DNA from: Tepidisphaera sp. | GTDB lineage: Bacteria > Planctomycetota > Phycisphaerae > Phycisphaerales > UBA1924 | Assembly (NCBI GenBank): GCA_050916045.1 | Contig: CP051526.1 | Location: 1,760,001-1,824,000 of the forward strand | Length of the DNA stretch: 64,000 nt | Direction of reading: 5' to 3' | In this document: in pieces, positions 1 through 8,028 of the stretch | How positions within the stretch are numbered: the stretch's first letter is position 1 | Layout: each line of letters starts with the position of its first letter | Translations under genes and position numbers: made by a program | The notes under the pieces: generated by a model | Seen by the model: only the letters and a program-made list of their open reading frames with translations | Database searches by the model: none | What the model was told of the DNA's origin: nothing

Positions 1-99
1 CGCCAGCCCGGTCATCAGCAGCCCGGCGGAGAGGCCGGCGGCGGTGCCCAGGAGCGAGCGGCGGGAAAGGTTGGAATGGTGGGTCGGGGTGGTGTCCAT
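1..99 (-). CDS. 5' end of a Tat-exported protein (runs off window edge)
   Basis: Manual translation from ATG at 99: MDTTPTHHSNLSRRSLLGTAAGLSAGLLMTGLA. Twin-arginine SRRSLL plus hydrophobic stretch; TATGCT box 7 nt upstream. Not in the ORF track. Confidence 0.75.
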   Translation of the reverse strand, partial: MDTTPTHHSNLSRRSLLGTAAGLSAGLLMTGLA

Positions 100-142
100 G
101 ATCGGCAGCATACCACGCGGTGGAATCGGCTACGCTCGCGGC

Positions 143-2161
143 ATGCGGGTTTCACAGGATCTCAGCGCGGCGAAGTGGACCGTCCGAGCGGTGGGGGCCG
201 TGGGGGGGGCGGTGGGGGAGCTGTCGCGGGTCCCGGACGCGGTCCGCGAGCGCGTGGTGCGAGGCATCCCCGCGACGCTCCTTCCCGAGGTGGGCGGATG
301 CGTGCATACGGATCTCATCGACGCCGGCCTCATCGGCGACCCGGCGATCGGGATGAACGAGCACTCGTGCGAGTGGGTCTCGTGGACCGACTGGTGCTAC
401 GAGTGCGAGTTTGATGCGGGCGATGACCTTCTCGCCCACCACGCGATCGAGCTTGTCTTCGAATCCCTCGACACGATCGCGATGGTCGAGCTCAACGGCA
501 TCCTCGTCGGGAATGCGGCGAACGAGTTCATCCCGCACCGGTTCAACGTGAACGCGGCGCTCCGAAAGGGGACCAACCTCCTCCGCATCACGTTCACAAG
601 CCCCCTGCGTCACGCGTACGACCTCGCGAAGACGCTGGGCCTGCCGCACAACGGGGATGAGTCCGCTCCGCCGTGGCATCCGTTCAACATGATACGGAAG
701 TGCGCGAGCAACTTCGGCTGGGACTGGGGGCCGAGGGTCCCGACGTGCGGCTTTGGTGGCCCGGTTCTCCGAACCGGATCTCCGGCCCACGCGCCCGGTT
801 CGGAGAACCGGGCCACCAAGGAGAACCTGCCCGCGAGAAGCCCGGCCATCGCGTTCGACCCGTTGAACTTCGTCTTCACCCGCAACAACAAACCCATCTT
901 CTGCAAGGGCGTGAACTGGATCTCCGAGGGGCTTTGGCCGCGGGACCGGACGCGAGCCAAGATCCGCGCGAGGCTGGAGCAGGCCAAAGCCATGGGCTGC
1001 AACATGATCCGCGTCTGGGGCGGGGGTCGGTACGAGTCGGACGCGTTCTACGAGATCTGCGATGAGCTCGGCCTGATGGTCTGGCAGGACTTCATGTTCG
1101 CGTGCGCGTGCTATCCCGAGGAAGAGCCCTTCCGCTCGCTCATCGAGGCCGAAGCACGCTACCAGGTCGCACGCCTCTCCAAGCACCCCTGCATCGTCCT
1201 CTGGTGCGGCGGCAACGAGAACCACTGGGCCCACGAATCCTGGGGCTTCGGGGCCCGCGTGGCCCCCGGACGCGGCTGGGGCAAAGCCTACTGGCAGGAA
1301 TTGCTCCCCCGGATCGTCAAGGAACTCTCCCCGCACACGCCGTATGTCCCCGACTCCCCGTGGTCGCCCCCCACCACTCCGCCAACCCACCCCAACGCGA
1401 CCGAAGTGGGGGACCGGCACACATGGGACCTCTTCGGCGAGGATTTTTACGCACACATCCCTCGGTTCTGCTCGGAGTTCGGCGTCCAGAGCCCCTCGAA
1501 CCTGCCAACCCTGCGCGAAGCGGACCTTCTGGAGAGCCCGACGGCCACCAACGGCCGCCCGTCGGCCGTTGGCGAGCGGTCGTCGGCCGTCGACGACCGT
1601 TCGTCGGCCTCTGACGACCGCTCGCCGGAGGCTGGCGACCGCCCGTCGGAGTTTGGCGGCGGCTCAACGAACGTCGACGAGCGGCCGATGAAGGTTGGCG
1701 GGGCTTCTGAAGCGTTGGTGTCCAAGGCTCTGCTCGCGCGGCAGCGGGGGCCCGGTGGCATGGCTCGCTGGTACGACGAGTTCTTCGCCAAAGCCGGAGG
1801 AGTGGGGGTGAGGCCACCGGCGACGTTCGAGGAGTGGCACGCGCAGGCGCAGAAGCTGCAAGCCGACTGGCTCGAACTCGCCGTGATCTGGCTGCGAGCG
1901 AACGCGCCGACGTGCTCGGGGGCCCTCATCTGGCAGCTCAACGATGCGTGGCCGGGGTTCTCCTGGTCGCTCATCGATGCGGCGGGGCGGGAGAAGCCCG
2001 CGTACCACGCCGTGAAGCGTGCCTTCGCCGATCGGCTCGTCGCGACCGTCCCCTTTGACGGCGTCCCGCACCTCGTCGCGATCAACGACACGGATGAAGC
2101 GTGGGAAGCCGAGCCCGGCTGGGTGGTGGGGGCCCGCTCGGTCGCCCGCAAGCCCGTTTGA
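143..2161 (+). CDS. GH2 beta-mannosidase-like glycoside hydrolase
   Basis: IRK..SNFGWDWGP, IFCKGVNW, NMIRVWGGG.YE, WQDFMFAC, WCGGNEN (acid/base), PRFCSEFG (nucleophile), WQLNDAWP. Start set at ATG 143, 6 nt after TACGCT. Confidence 0.88.
   Translation: MRVSQDLSAAKWTVRAVGAVGGAVGELSRVPDAVRERVVRGIPATLLPEVGGCVHTDLIDAGLIGDPAIGMNEHSCEWVSWTDWCYECEFDAGDDLLAHHAIELVFESLDTIAMVELNGILVGNAANEFIPHRFNVNAALRKGTNLLRITFTSPLRHAYDLAKTLGLPHNGDESAPPWHPFNMIRKCASNFGWDWGPRVPTCGFGGPVLRTGSPAHAPGSENRATKENLPARSPAIAFDPLNFVFTRNNKPIFCKGVNWISEGLWPRDRTRAKIRARLEQAKAMGCNMIRVWGGGRYESDAFYEICDELGLMVWQDFMFACACYPEEEPFRSLIEAEARYQVARLSKHPCIVLWCGGNENHWAHESWGFGARVAPGRGWGKAYWQELLPRIVKELSPHTPYVPDSPWSPPTTPPTHPNATEVGDRHTWDLFGEDFYAHIPRFCSEFGVQSPSNLPTLREADLLESPTATNGRPSAVGERSSAVDDRSSASDDRSPEAGDRPSEFGGGSTNVDERPMKVGGASEALVSKALLARQRGPGGMARWYDEFFAKAGGVGVRPPATFEEWHAQAQKLQADWLELAVIWLRANAPTCSGALIWQLNDAWPGFSWSLIDAAGREKPAYHAVKRAFADRLVATVPFDGVPHLVAINDTDEAWEAEPGWVVGARSVARKPV
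1550..1717 (+). repeat. Degenerate 21-nt tandem repeat (~8 units), in frame inside the GH2 gene
   Basis: Units translate NGRPSAV/GERSSAV/DDRSSAS/DDRSPEA/GDRPSEF/GGGSTNV/DERPMKV/GGASEAL. Confidence 0.8.
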
Positions 2162-2212
2162 CAGCCAATGAAACGCTTACACCTTGGCACTGCCCGTGGG
2201 TATCATCCGCCC

Positions 2213-3214
2213 ATGAAGATCCTCATCGCGGACAAGTTCGAGAAAGCGGGCGTCGATGGTCTCAAGGCTCTGGGGTGCGAGGTCATCTCCGAGCCCGATG
2301 CGGGCGTCGACGGCATCCCCGCCGCCCTGACCAAGCACAAGCCCACCGTCCTCGTCGTCCGCTCGACGAAGGTCCCCGCCGCGAGCGTCAAGGTCGCGGG
2401 AGAGGTCGGGGTCAAGGTCATCGTGCGGGCCGGGGCGGGCGTGGACAACATCGACATCGGGGCCGCGACGGGGATCGGCGTCAAGGTCTGCAACTGCCCG
2501 GGGACCAACGCCATCGCGGTCGCGGAACTCACGTTCGGCCTGCTCCTCGCGTGCGACCGTCGGATCGTCGATCAGACGCTCGACGCCCGCGCGGGAAATT
2601 GGAACAAGAAGGAGTACGGCAAGACCGGAGCCGGCGGGGCCAAGGGCCTCAAGGGCATGACGCTCGGCGTCGTCGGGGCGGGCGCGATCGGGCGGGCCGT
2701 CGTCAAGCGGGCCGTCGCCTTTGAGATGAAGCCCGTCATCTGGTCGCGCTCGATCACGCAGGAACACTGCCGCGACCTCGGTGCCGAGTGGGGCGGGAAC
2801 GACACCCCGGCGCTGCTGGCTCTCGCCCCGCGCTGCGACGCCGTCACCGTCCACCTTCCCCTCGCGCCCGACACGAAGGGCCTCATCGGCAAGGGGTTCC
2901 TGGACGCGATGAAGCCCAACGCGATCATCATCAACACCAGCCGCGGCGGCCTGATCGATGAAGCCGCTCTCCGCGAAGCGATCGCGGCCAAGGGCCTGCG
3001 AGCGGGGCTTGACGTCTGGGAGAACCAGCCCGGCCAGGCCGCCACCGAGCCCGGCCAGTGGAACAGCGAGACGGCGAAACTGACCAAGGTCGTCGCGACC
3101 CACCACAGCGGTGCAAGCACCGACCAGTCCCAGGACGCCATCGCCCGCGAGGTCGTCCGCATGATGGGCGTCTTCCACGCGACGGGCCGCGTCGAGAACT
3201 GCGTCAACGCGTAA
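2213..3214 (+). CDS. D-2-hydroxyacid dehydrogenase, short phosphoglycerate dehydrogenase-like (no ACT domain)
   Basis: MKILIAD, VVRSTKV, RAGAGVDNID, NAIAVAE, GAGAIG, INTSRGG, GLDVW, H.GAST. Confidence 0.85.
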   Translation: MKILIADKFEKAGVDGLKALGCEVISEPDAGVDGIPAALTKHKPTVLVVRSTKVPAASVKVAGEVGVKVIVRAGAGVDNIDIGAATGIGVKVCNCPGTNAIAVAELTFGLLLACDRRIVDQTLDARAGNWNKKEYGKTGAGGAKGLKGMTLGVVGAGAIGRAVVKRAVAFEMKPVIWSRSITQEHCRDLGAEWGGNDTPALLALAPRCDAVTVHLPLAPDTKGLIGKGFLDAMKPNAIIINTSRGGLIDEAALREAIAAKGLRAGLDVWENQPGQAATEPGQWNSETAKLTKVVATHHSGASTDQSQDAIAREVVRMMGVFHATGRVENCVNA

Positions 3215-3222
3215 AGCCGCCG

Positions 3223-4197
3223 TCAGTCCTGCTTCGGGTCTGTCGAGGGGCTGATCGCCACTTCGTCCGCCAGGTCGCCCGGCACGGTGATGCTCCGCAC
3301 GGCTTTCTTGTCCTCGCCCACGACCAGCGGCACGCGGATGTCGAGCATCCCCGCGACGGTGGTCGCGATGCACGCCGCCCGCCACGGCGCGAGCGGTCCC
3401 CCGCCGAGTCCGCCCAGCGGTCGCACCGTGCCGTCCTGAAGCACCACGGCGAGCTCGTGCGGCGTGGCGGCGAAGTTCGCGACCTGCGCCGGGTACACCG
3501 TCAGCAGACGCGAAGCTCCGAAGAGCGCCGCGTCCTGCATCACGATCTGCGGCCCGGCTTCCCCTTCTTCGATCGTCCACTGGTACGCGCTTCGGGAGAA
3601 GGCAAACCGGGCCATCCACCACGCGAAGCCCCCCGCGAAGAAGAGAAGCTTGACCACGGAGTACTTCGGCTTGGGCGCCGTCAGCGCGGCGTGCGTGAGC
3701 GCCACCGACGCAACCACGATGGCCGCCGCGGCGATCAGCGCCCCCAGCCGAGCGAGCTTGAAGGACGCCAGCGACTGCGCCCGCGCGACGTGAAGCCGGT
3801 CCGTGTCCGCATCGATCACCACCCAGCCCCCGGCACGGTCCCCTTCCGTCACCGGCACCACCGGCGACAGAAGCGGGTCCGCCACCGCCGTGATGCGGGT
3901 CATCTTCGCCAGACGCCGTCCCGAAAGCACGCCGACGAACCCCACCGCAATCAGCAGCAGCCCCGCCGTGACGAACGACCCCACCGCGATCCCCATCGAC
4001 ATCGACGAGGGACGGGGCGTTCCGACCGCGATTGCTCCCGCAATCACCGCGGCGACCAGACCGACCAGGAGCGAGACCGCGATCCGTCGGTGCGCCGTCG
4101 GCCGGCCCAGCCCGCGCAGGACGCGAAGCTCCTCGGCCGTCGCGGCACGCCGCTCAACCTCCGCCTTCGCCGGTTTCTTCGGCCAACTCCACGCCAT
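3223..4197 (-). CDS. Hypothetical membrane protein (~4 TM)
   Basis: 324 aa ORF with two hydrophobic hairpins; 18 nt downstream of the AI-2E gene on the same strand. Confidence 0.65.
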   Translation of the reverse strand: MAWSWPKKPAKAEVERRAATAEELRVLRGLGRPTAHRRIAVSLLVGLVAAVIAGAIAVGTPRPSSMSMGIAVGSFVTAGLLLIAVGFVGVLSGRRLAKMTRITAVADPLLSPVVPVTEGDRAGGWVVIDADTDRLHVARAQSLASFKLARLGALIAAAAIVVASVALTHAALTAPKPKYSVVKLLFFAGGFAWWMARFAFSRSAYQWTIEEGEAGPQIVMQDAALFGASRLLTVYPAQVANFAATPHELAVVLQDGTVRPLGGLGGGPLAPWRAACIATTVAGMLDIRVPLVVGEDKKAVRSITVPGDLADEVAISPSTDPKQD

Positions 4198-4215
4198 GCC
4201 GGATCGGTTCCTTCT

Positions 4216-5688
4216 CTATTCCTTGGGACGCGCCTTCTCGAGCGGGTTCTCAAGCGGAATGAAGTCGCTCGCCTGCCCGTCGATCCACTGTTTCAGCCTG
4301 GGCCAGAAGACCTCGCGGATCAGGATCTTCAGGCAGGCCGCCGCCGGAATCGCCAGGATCAGCCCGTACACGCCCGCGAGGATGCCCCCCGCGATCGACG
4401 CGAACAGGATCGACGGCATGTCCATGTCCGTGTTCTTCCCTTGGATCAGCGGCGAGAGGATGTAATCGTCGAGCACCTGCGAAAGCCCCGAGATCGCAAG
4501 CGGCGCGCCGATGATCCACCACCACGCTTCCTGCCAGCCTCCCGTCCCGTCCGTGCCCAGCCACATCAAAAGCATCGCCACCGGCGCTCCCAGCCCGCCC
4601 ACGTACGGCAGAAGCGTCAGCAGCCCCACCAGCGGCCCCAGCACCAGGAACCCCGGCACTCCCGTCGCCCCGTACGCCACCGTGAAGAACACCATCAGGC
4701 ACGCGCAGATCGTCAGCCGGCCGCGGATGAACCCCGCGATCACCCGGTCCATCTGACCCAAAAGCTCGACCACGCGCCACTTGCGACGCTCGGGGATCAA
4801 CCCCTCCCAGAACGCCAGCACGCGCCCGTATCCCGAGCAGAAGAAGTAGAAGAAGAACGCGACCAGGAAAATCGAGAACGCCAGGTAACCCAGCGAGGTG
4901 ACCGCGTTGAGGAGCGTCTGGGCCCACCCCGCGCCGGACTGCAGCGCCGTCCGGCCGATCTGCGCACGGTTGTCCTTCAGCCACTTGATCACCCACGCGG
5001 TGGACTGCGCGAAGACGCCCGGTTCCTCGTTCTGTGCGGTCTGATTCGCCCGGTGCTCGGCTTGCCTGGCGACGACCCAGTCCCGGATCTTGACCCATCC
5101 GGTTCCGGGCGAGTTCTCCATCACGGGGGGCGATTCCAGCTGCGCCTTGGGACGCCCGGTCGCTTCACCATCTTCCGTCGACGCGGGGTCGGCGGCGGTC
5201 GTTCCTCGCGTGTCGGTCTCCGGCTTGTCGTTCTCGGCCTGCGGCTCGGGGGCCGCGTCCCCCGCGGACGGGGCGTCGCTGGAGGGCTTCTTCGCCGGGT
5301 CCGCGCGATCGACCGAGTGAATCAGCCACTCGACGTTCCGCGTCAGCGTCTGCACGCCCTGCACCGCCTGGATCGTCCCGAATGTCAGAGCCAGGGCCGC
5401 GGGCACCAGCCCGATGACCGTTGCCAGCAAAATGATGATCGCCGCCGCGCCCTGCCGCGACATCCGCCCCCCGCGCGTCGCCCGGCGGACCAGCGGCTCG
5501 AACATGTAGGCGAGGATCATCGCCAGGAGCAGCGGGACCGTCACCATCCGTGTGACATACCCGAGGTACACCACAAGAAGCACCGCTGCGATCATCAGCA
5601 GGTCGCGGACCGGCTGGATCTGCCACAGGTGACGCGTCATCCACGAGGGACCGCTCTCACCGGGTTTGTCGTTGGTTGTTTGGCCCAT
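4216..5688 (-). CDS. AI-2E family transporter
   Basis: PLLLAMILAYMFEPLV, MDRVIAGFIRGRL, LPYVG, LDDYILSPLIQG, GG.LAGVYGLILAIPAAA. Confidence 0.9.
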   Translation of the reverse strand: MGQTTNDKPGESGPSWMTRHLWQIQPVRDLLMIAAVLLVVYLGYVTRMVTVPLLLAMILAYMFEPLVRRATRGGRMSRQGAAAIIILLATVIGLVPAALALTFGTIQAVQGVQTLTRNVEWLIHSVDRADPAKKPSSDAPSAGDAAPEPQAENDKPETDTRGTTAADPASTEDGEATGRPKAQLESPPVMENSPGTGWVKIRDWVVARQAEHRANQTAQNEEPGVFAQSTAWVIKWLKDNRAQIGRTALQSGAGWAQTLLNAVTSLGYLAFSIFLVAFFFYFFCSGYGRVLAFWEGLIPERRKWRVVELLGQMDRVIAGFIRGRLTICACLMVFFTVAYGATGVPGFLVLGPLVGLLTLLPYVGGLGAPVAMLLMWLGTDGTGGWQEAWWWIIGAPLAISGLSQVLDDYILSPLIQGKNTDMDMPSILFASIAGGILAGVYGLILAIPAAACLKILIREVFWPRLKQWIDGQASDFIPLENPLEKARPKE

Positions 5689-5720
5689 CCCGCAACACTA
5701 CCACACCTCGGGGCACCGCG

Positions 5721-6128
5721 TCAGTGGGCAGACCCGGCCCTGAGCGTCCCGAACGTGTCGTCGAAGTCGAAGACGTTCTCGAAATCCTCGATCGAGTCCT
5801 GATCCTGCTTGCGCATCCAGCCCGCTTCGACCATCGCGAACACGATCCGGCCGAAGTCCTCGGTCTTGTGGACACCCCACGACGAAAGCACGGTCCGCGC
5901 GAGCAGGCCGTACTGCCGCTGGGCGTAGTCCTTGAGGCCAAGGCAAAGCTGCTGGCCGGAGATGTGCCTGCGATCGTCCTCGGTCTCGGTGGGGAGACCT
6001 TCCGCGTCGCCGTGCACCATCTTGACGGTGTGGGCGAGCCCCTCGCGGACGAACTGGTACGCCTGAGGCGGGTAGGGCCCCGCCTTCTCACGGATCTGCT
6101 TCCAGTCTGGCACCGGCGTCATCGACAC
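5721..6128 (-). CDS. Planctomycete/Verrucomicrobia-restricted conserved protein (Minf_1886-like)
   Basis: YPPQAYQFVREGL, RHISGQQLC, QYGLLARTVL..WG...TEDFGRIVF, DS.EDF..VFDF. AAGGAG before GTG 6128 (ATG 6122 is an alternative start). Confidence 0.8.
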   Translation of the reverse strand: MSMTPVPDWKQIREKAGPYPPQAYQFVREGLAHTVKMVHGDAEGLPTETEDDRRHISGQQLCLGLKDYAQRQYGLLARTVLSSWGVHKTEDFGRIVFAMVEAGWMRKQDQDSIEDFENVFDFDDTFGTLRAGSAH

Positions 6129-6288
6129 GGTTCCATCTCCTTGATCGCGGGACAAACAGCGGGTCCCGGGTCCTCTATGGTAGGAACCCGGCCGGTCGCT
6201 TGGCCAAGCCGGCTCCGGTTGGCCCTTTCAGGCCCGAGAAACCCGAAGCCGCCGCCCCTCCGCCCGCCACAGGCGCACCGCCCCGGCT

Positions 6289-8028
6289 TTACGCGTAGGC
6301 GTGAAGCCCCGGCAGAAGCAGATTGACGCCGAAGTACGTGAAGAGCATCACCACAAACCCGGCGACGCTCAGCCACGCCGTCGTCAGGCCTTTGTTCTTG
6401 ACCGAACCGAACCGTGTGTGAATCGCGATCAGGTACACGATCCACGTGATCAGTGCCCACGTCTCCTTCGGGTCAAAGGCCCACCAGCGGCCCCACGAAT
6501 GGTCCGCCCACCACGCTCCAAGCAGGATCCCCACTCCGAGCGTCCAGAACGCGAGTTGCAGGACCGTCATCTGGGCCGTGTCGAGATCGCCGAGCGTCCG
6601 CGCCTTGTTTGCTTGCGTGCCCAGCGCCGTCGCCACCACCTTCCCGGTTTCCTCGTCCTTCTTGGCGAAGTAGTGCGTTCCGAGGTAGAACAGGCTGATG
6701 ATAAAGCCCAGCGCAATCAGGCCGTACGACACCAGCACCGTCGTCACGTGGTACTTCAGAAGCACCGACGTGTTCAGGATCGCCGCTTCACGCTCGATCA
6801 ACTTGCCGGGAATGTTCGTCTGCGTCGCCGTGATCAGCACCAGGAACCCGACACCCGCCGACGCCGCTCCGTAAAGCCACTGACGCTTGGCCAGCATGAT
6901 CCCAAGCCCGACCACCGCCGCGAAAAGCGACAGGCCGGTCATGCTCTCAAACTGGTTCTGAATCGCGAACCGCTCCGCGATCAGGCAGCGAGCGATGAAT
7001 CCGAAAGCGTGCATCGCAACCGACGCGACCAGAAGGCCCGTGCCCAGCCACGCCAGCCACCCGCGACCCGTGCCGAACGCGAGCACCAGCGCCACCAGCG
7101 ACAGGAAGTACCCCCAGAAGCCCCACTCAAAGGCGTTGCTCCGGTTGTACATGAGCTCCAGCGACCGGGCCGTCGTCGGATACGTCGTCGGGTTGATCGT
7201 CGGCAGTGCGGCGGCCAGAGAAACCGCAGCGGTGTTCACGCCCGCGGCGTTCCGTGCGCGCCAGGCTTTGCCAAGGTCCGTCGCCGCGACCCGGGCCGGG
7301 TGGTTCGCCGGGAGCGATGAGAGGTGCTGCCACGGGTCCTCCGCGACGGCGGGCGCGACCATCAGCAGGTTCGCGGGGGAGCGCTCCCACAGCGACAAAG
7401 CGGACTGAAGCTTGTCAAACGCCGCGCGGTACGGCTGCTCCATCATGTGGGCGTCGTAGATCTTGTCCACGTGCGTCACGTACACGCTGGGGGCGAGCTG
7501 GATCCGCTTGAGCTCGCGGTCCTGTCTCGCCTGGTCATCGGGATACTCGGCTTCCATGAACGCCCGCCGCAGGGGCAGGTAGTCCACGCCGAGCAGCGGC
7601 TTGGTGACGTAGTATCTGGGCTCGATCATCAGGTCGATCCAGGTGAAGAGCGGGTCGTGACGGTACTTGAGGTACGCGGGCTTGCCGTTGACCGTCTCGG
7701 GCACGTAGTCGATGTACTTCTTCGCGCCCATCAGTTTGCTGACGGTCTCACGGGAGAGTGTGTCCATGATCTTCACGCGGCCGTTGTGAAAGACCGACAG
7801 GTCTCGGAGCGGGGTCAGGTCGACCTGCTTGGAGAACTCGACCTTCTCCTGCACCGTCGTCTCGGGGATCGAGGGATCGGGCAGGCCGAACGGCGGCGCG
7901 AACCCGCTCGCGTTCGACACATCCTGCGTCGCCGGGTGCGCGTTGCCGTCCGGAGCGTACTGAGCAAGCGTTCGCGAACCGAACGCGAACGCGATCATCG
8001 CGATGAGCAATCCCATTCGTGTCGTCAC
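6289..8028 (-). CDS. ccsA: Cytochrome c biogenesis system II heme ligase CcsA/ResC
   Basis: WWD domain LGAWWADHSWGRWWAFDPKETWALITW, conserved His (KYHV, AIH, GLHAYA), N-terminal GRVK..DT extracytoplasmic domain. Confidence 0.93.
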   Translation of the reverse strand: MTTRMGLLIAMIAFAFGSRTLAQYAPDGNAHPATQDVSNASGFAPPFGLPDPSIPETTVQEKVEFSKQVDLTPLRDLSVFHNGRVKIMDTLSRETVSKLMGAKKYIDYVPETVNGKPAYLKYRHDPLFTWIDLMIEPRYYVTKPLLGVDYLPLRRAFMEAEYPDDQARQDRELKRIQLAPSVYVTHVDKIYDAHMMEQPYRAAFDKLQSALSLWERSPANLLMVAPAVAEDPWQHLSSLPANHPARVAATDLGKAWRARNAAGVNTAAVSLAAALPTINPTTYPTTARSLELMYNRSNAFEWGFWGYFLSLVALVLAFGTGRGWLAWLGTGLLVASVAMHAFGFIARCLIAERFAIQNQFESMTGLSLFAAVVGLGIMLAKRQWLYGAASAGVGFLVLITATQTNIPGKLIEREAAILNTSVLLKYHVTTVLVSYGLIALGFIISLFYLGTHYFAKKDEETGKVVATALGTQANKARTLGDLDTAQMTVLQLAFWTLGVGILLGAWWADHSWGRWWAFDPKETWALITWIVYLIAIHTRFGSVKNKGLTTAWLSVAGFVVMLFTYFGVNLLLPGLHAYA

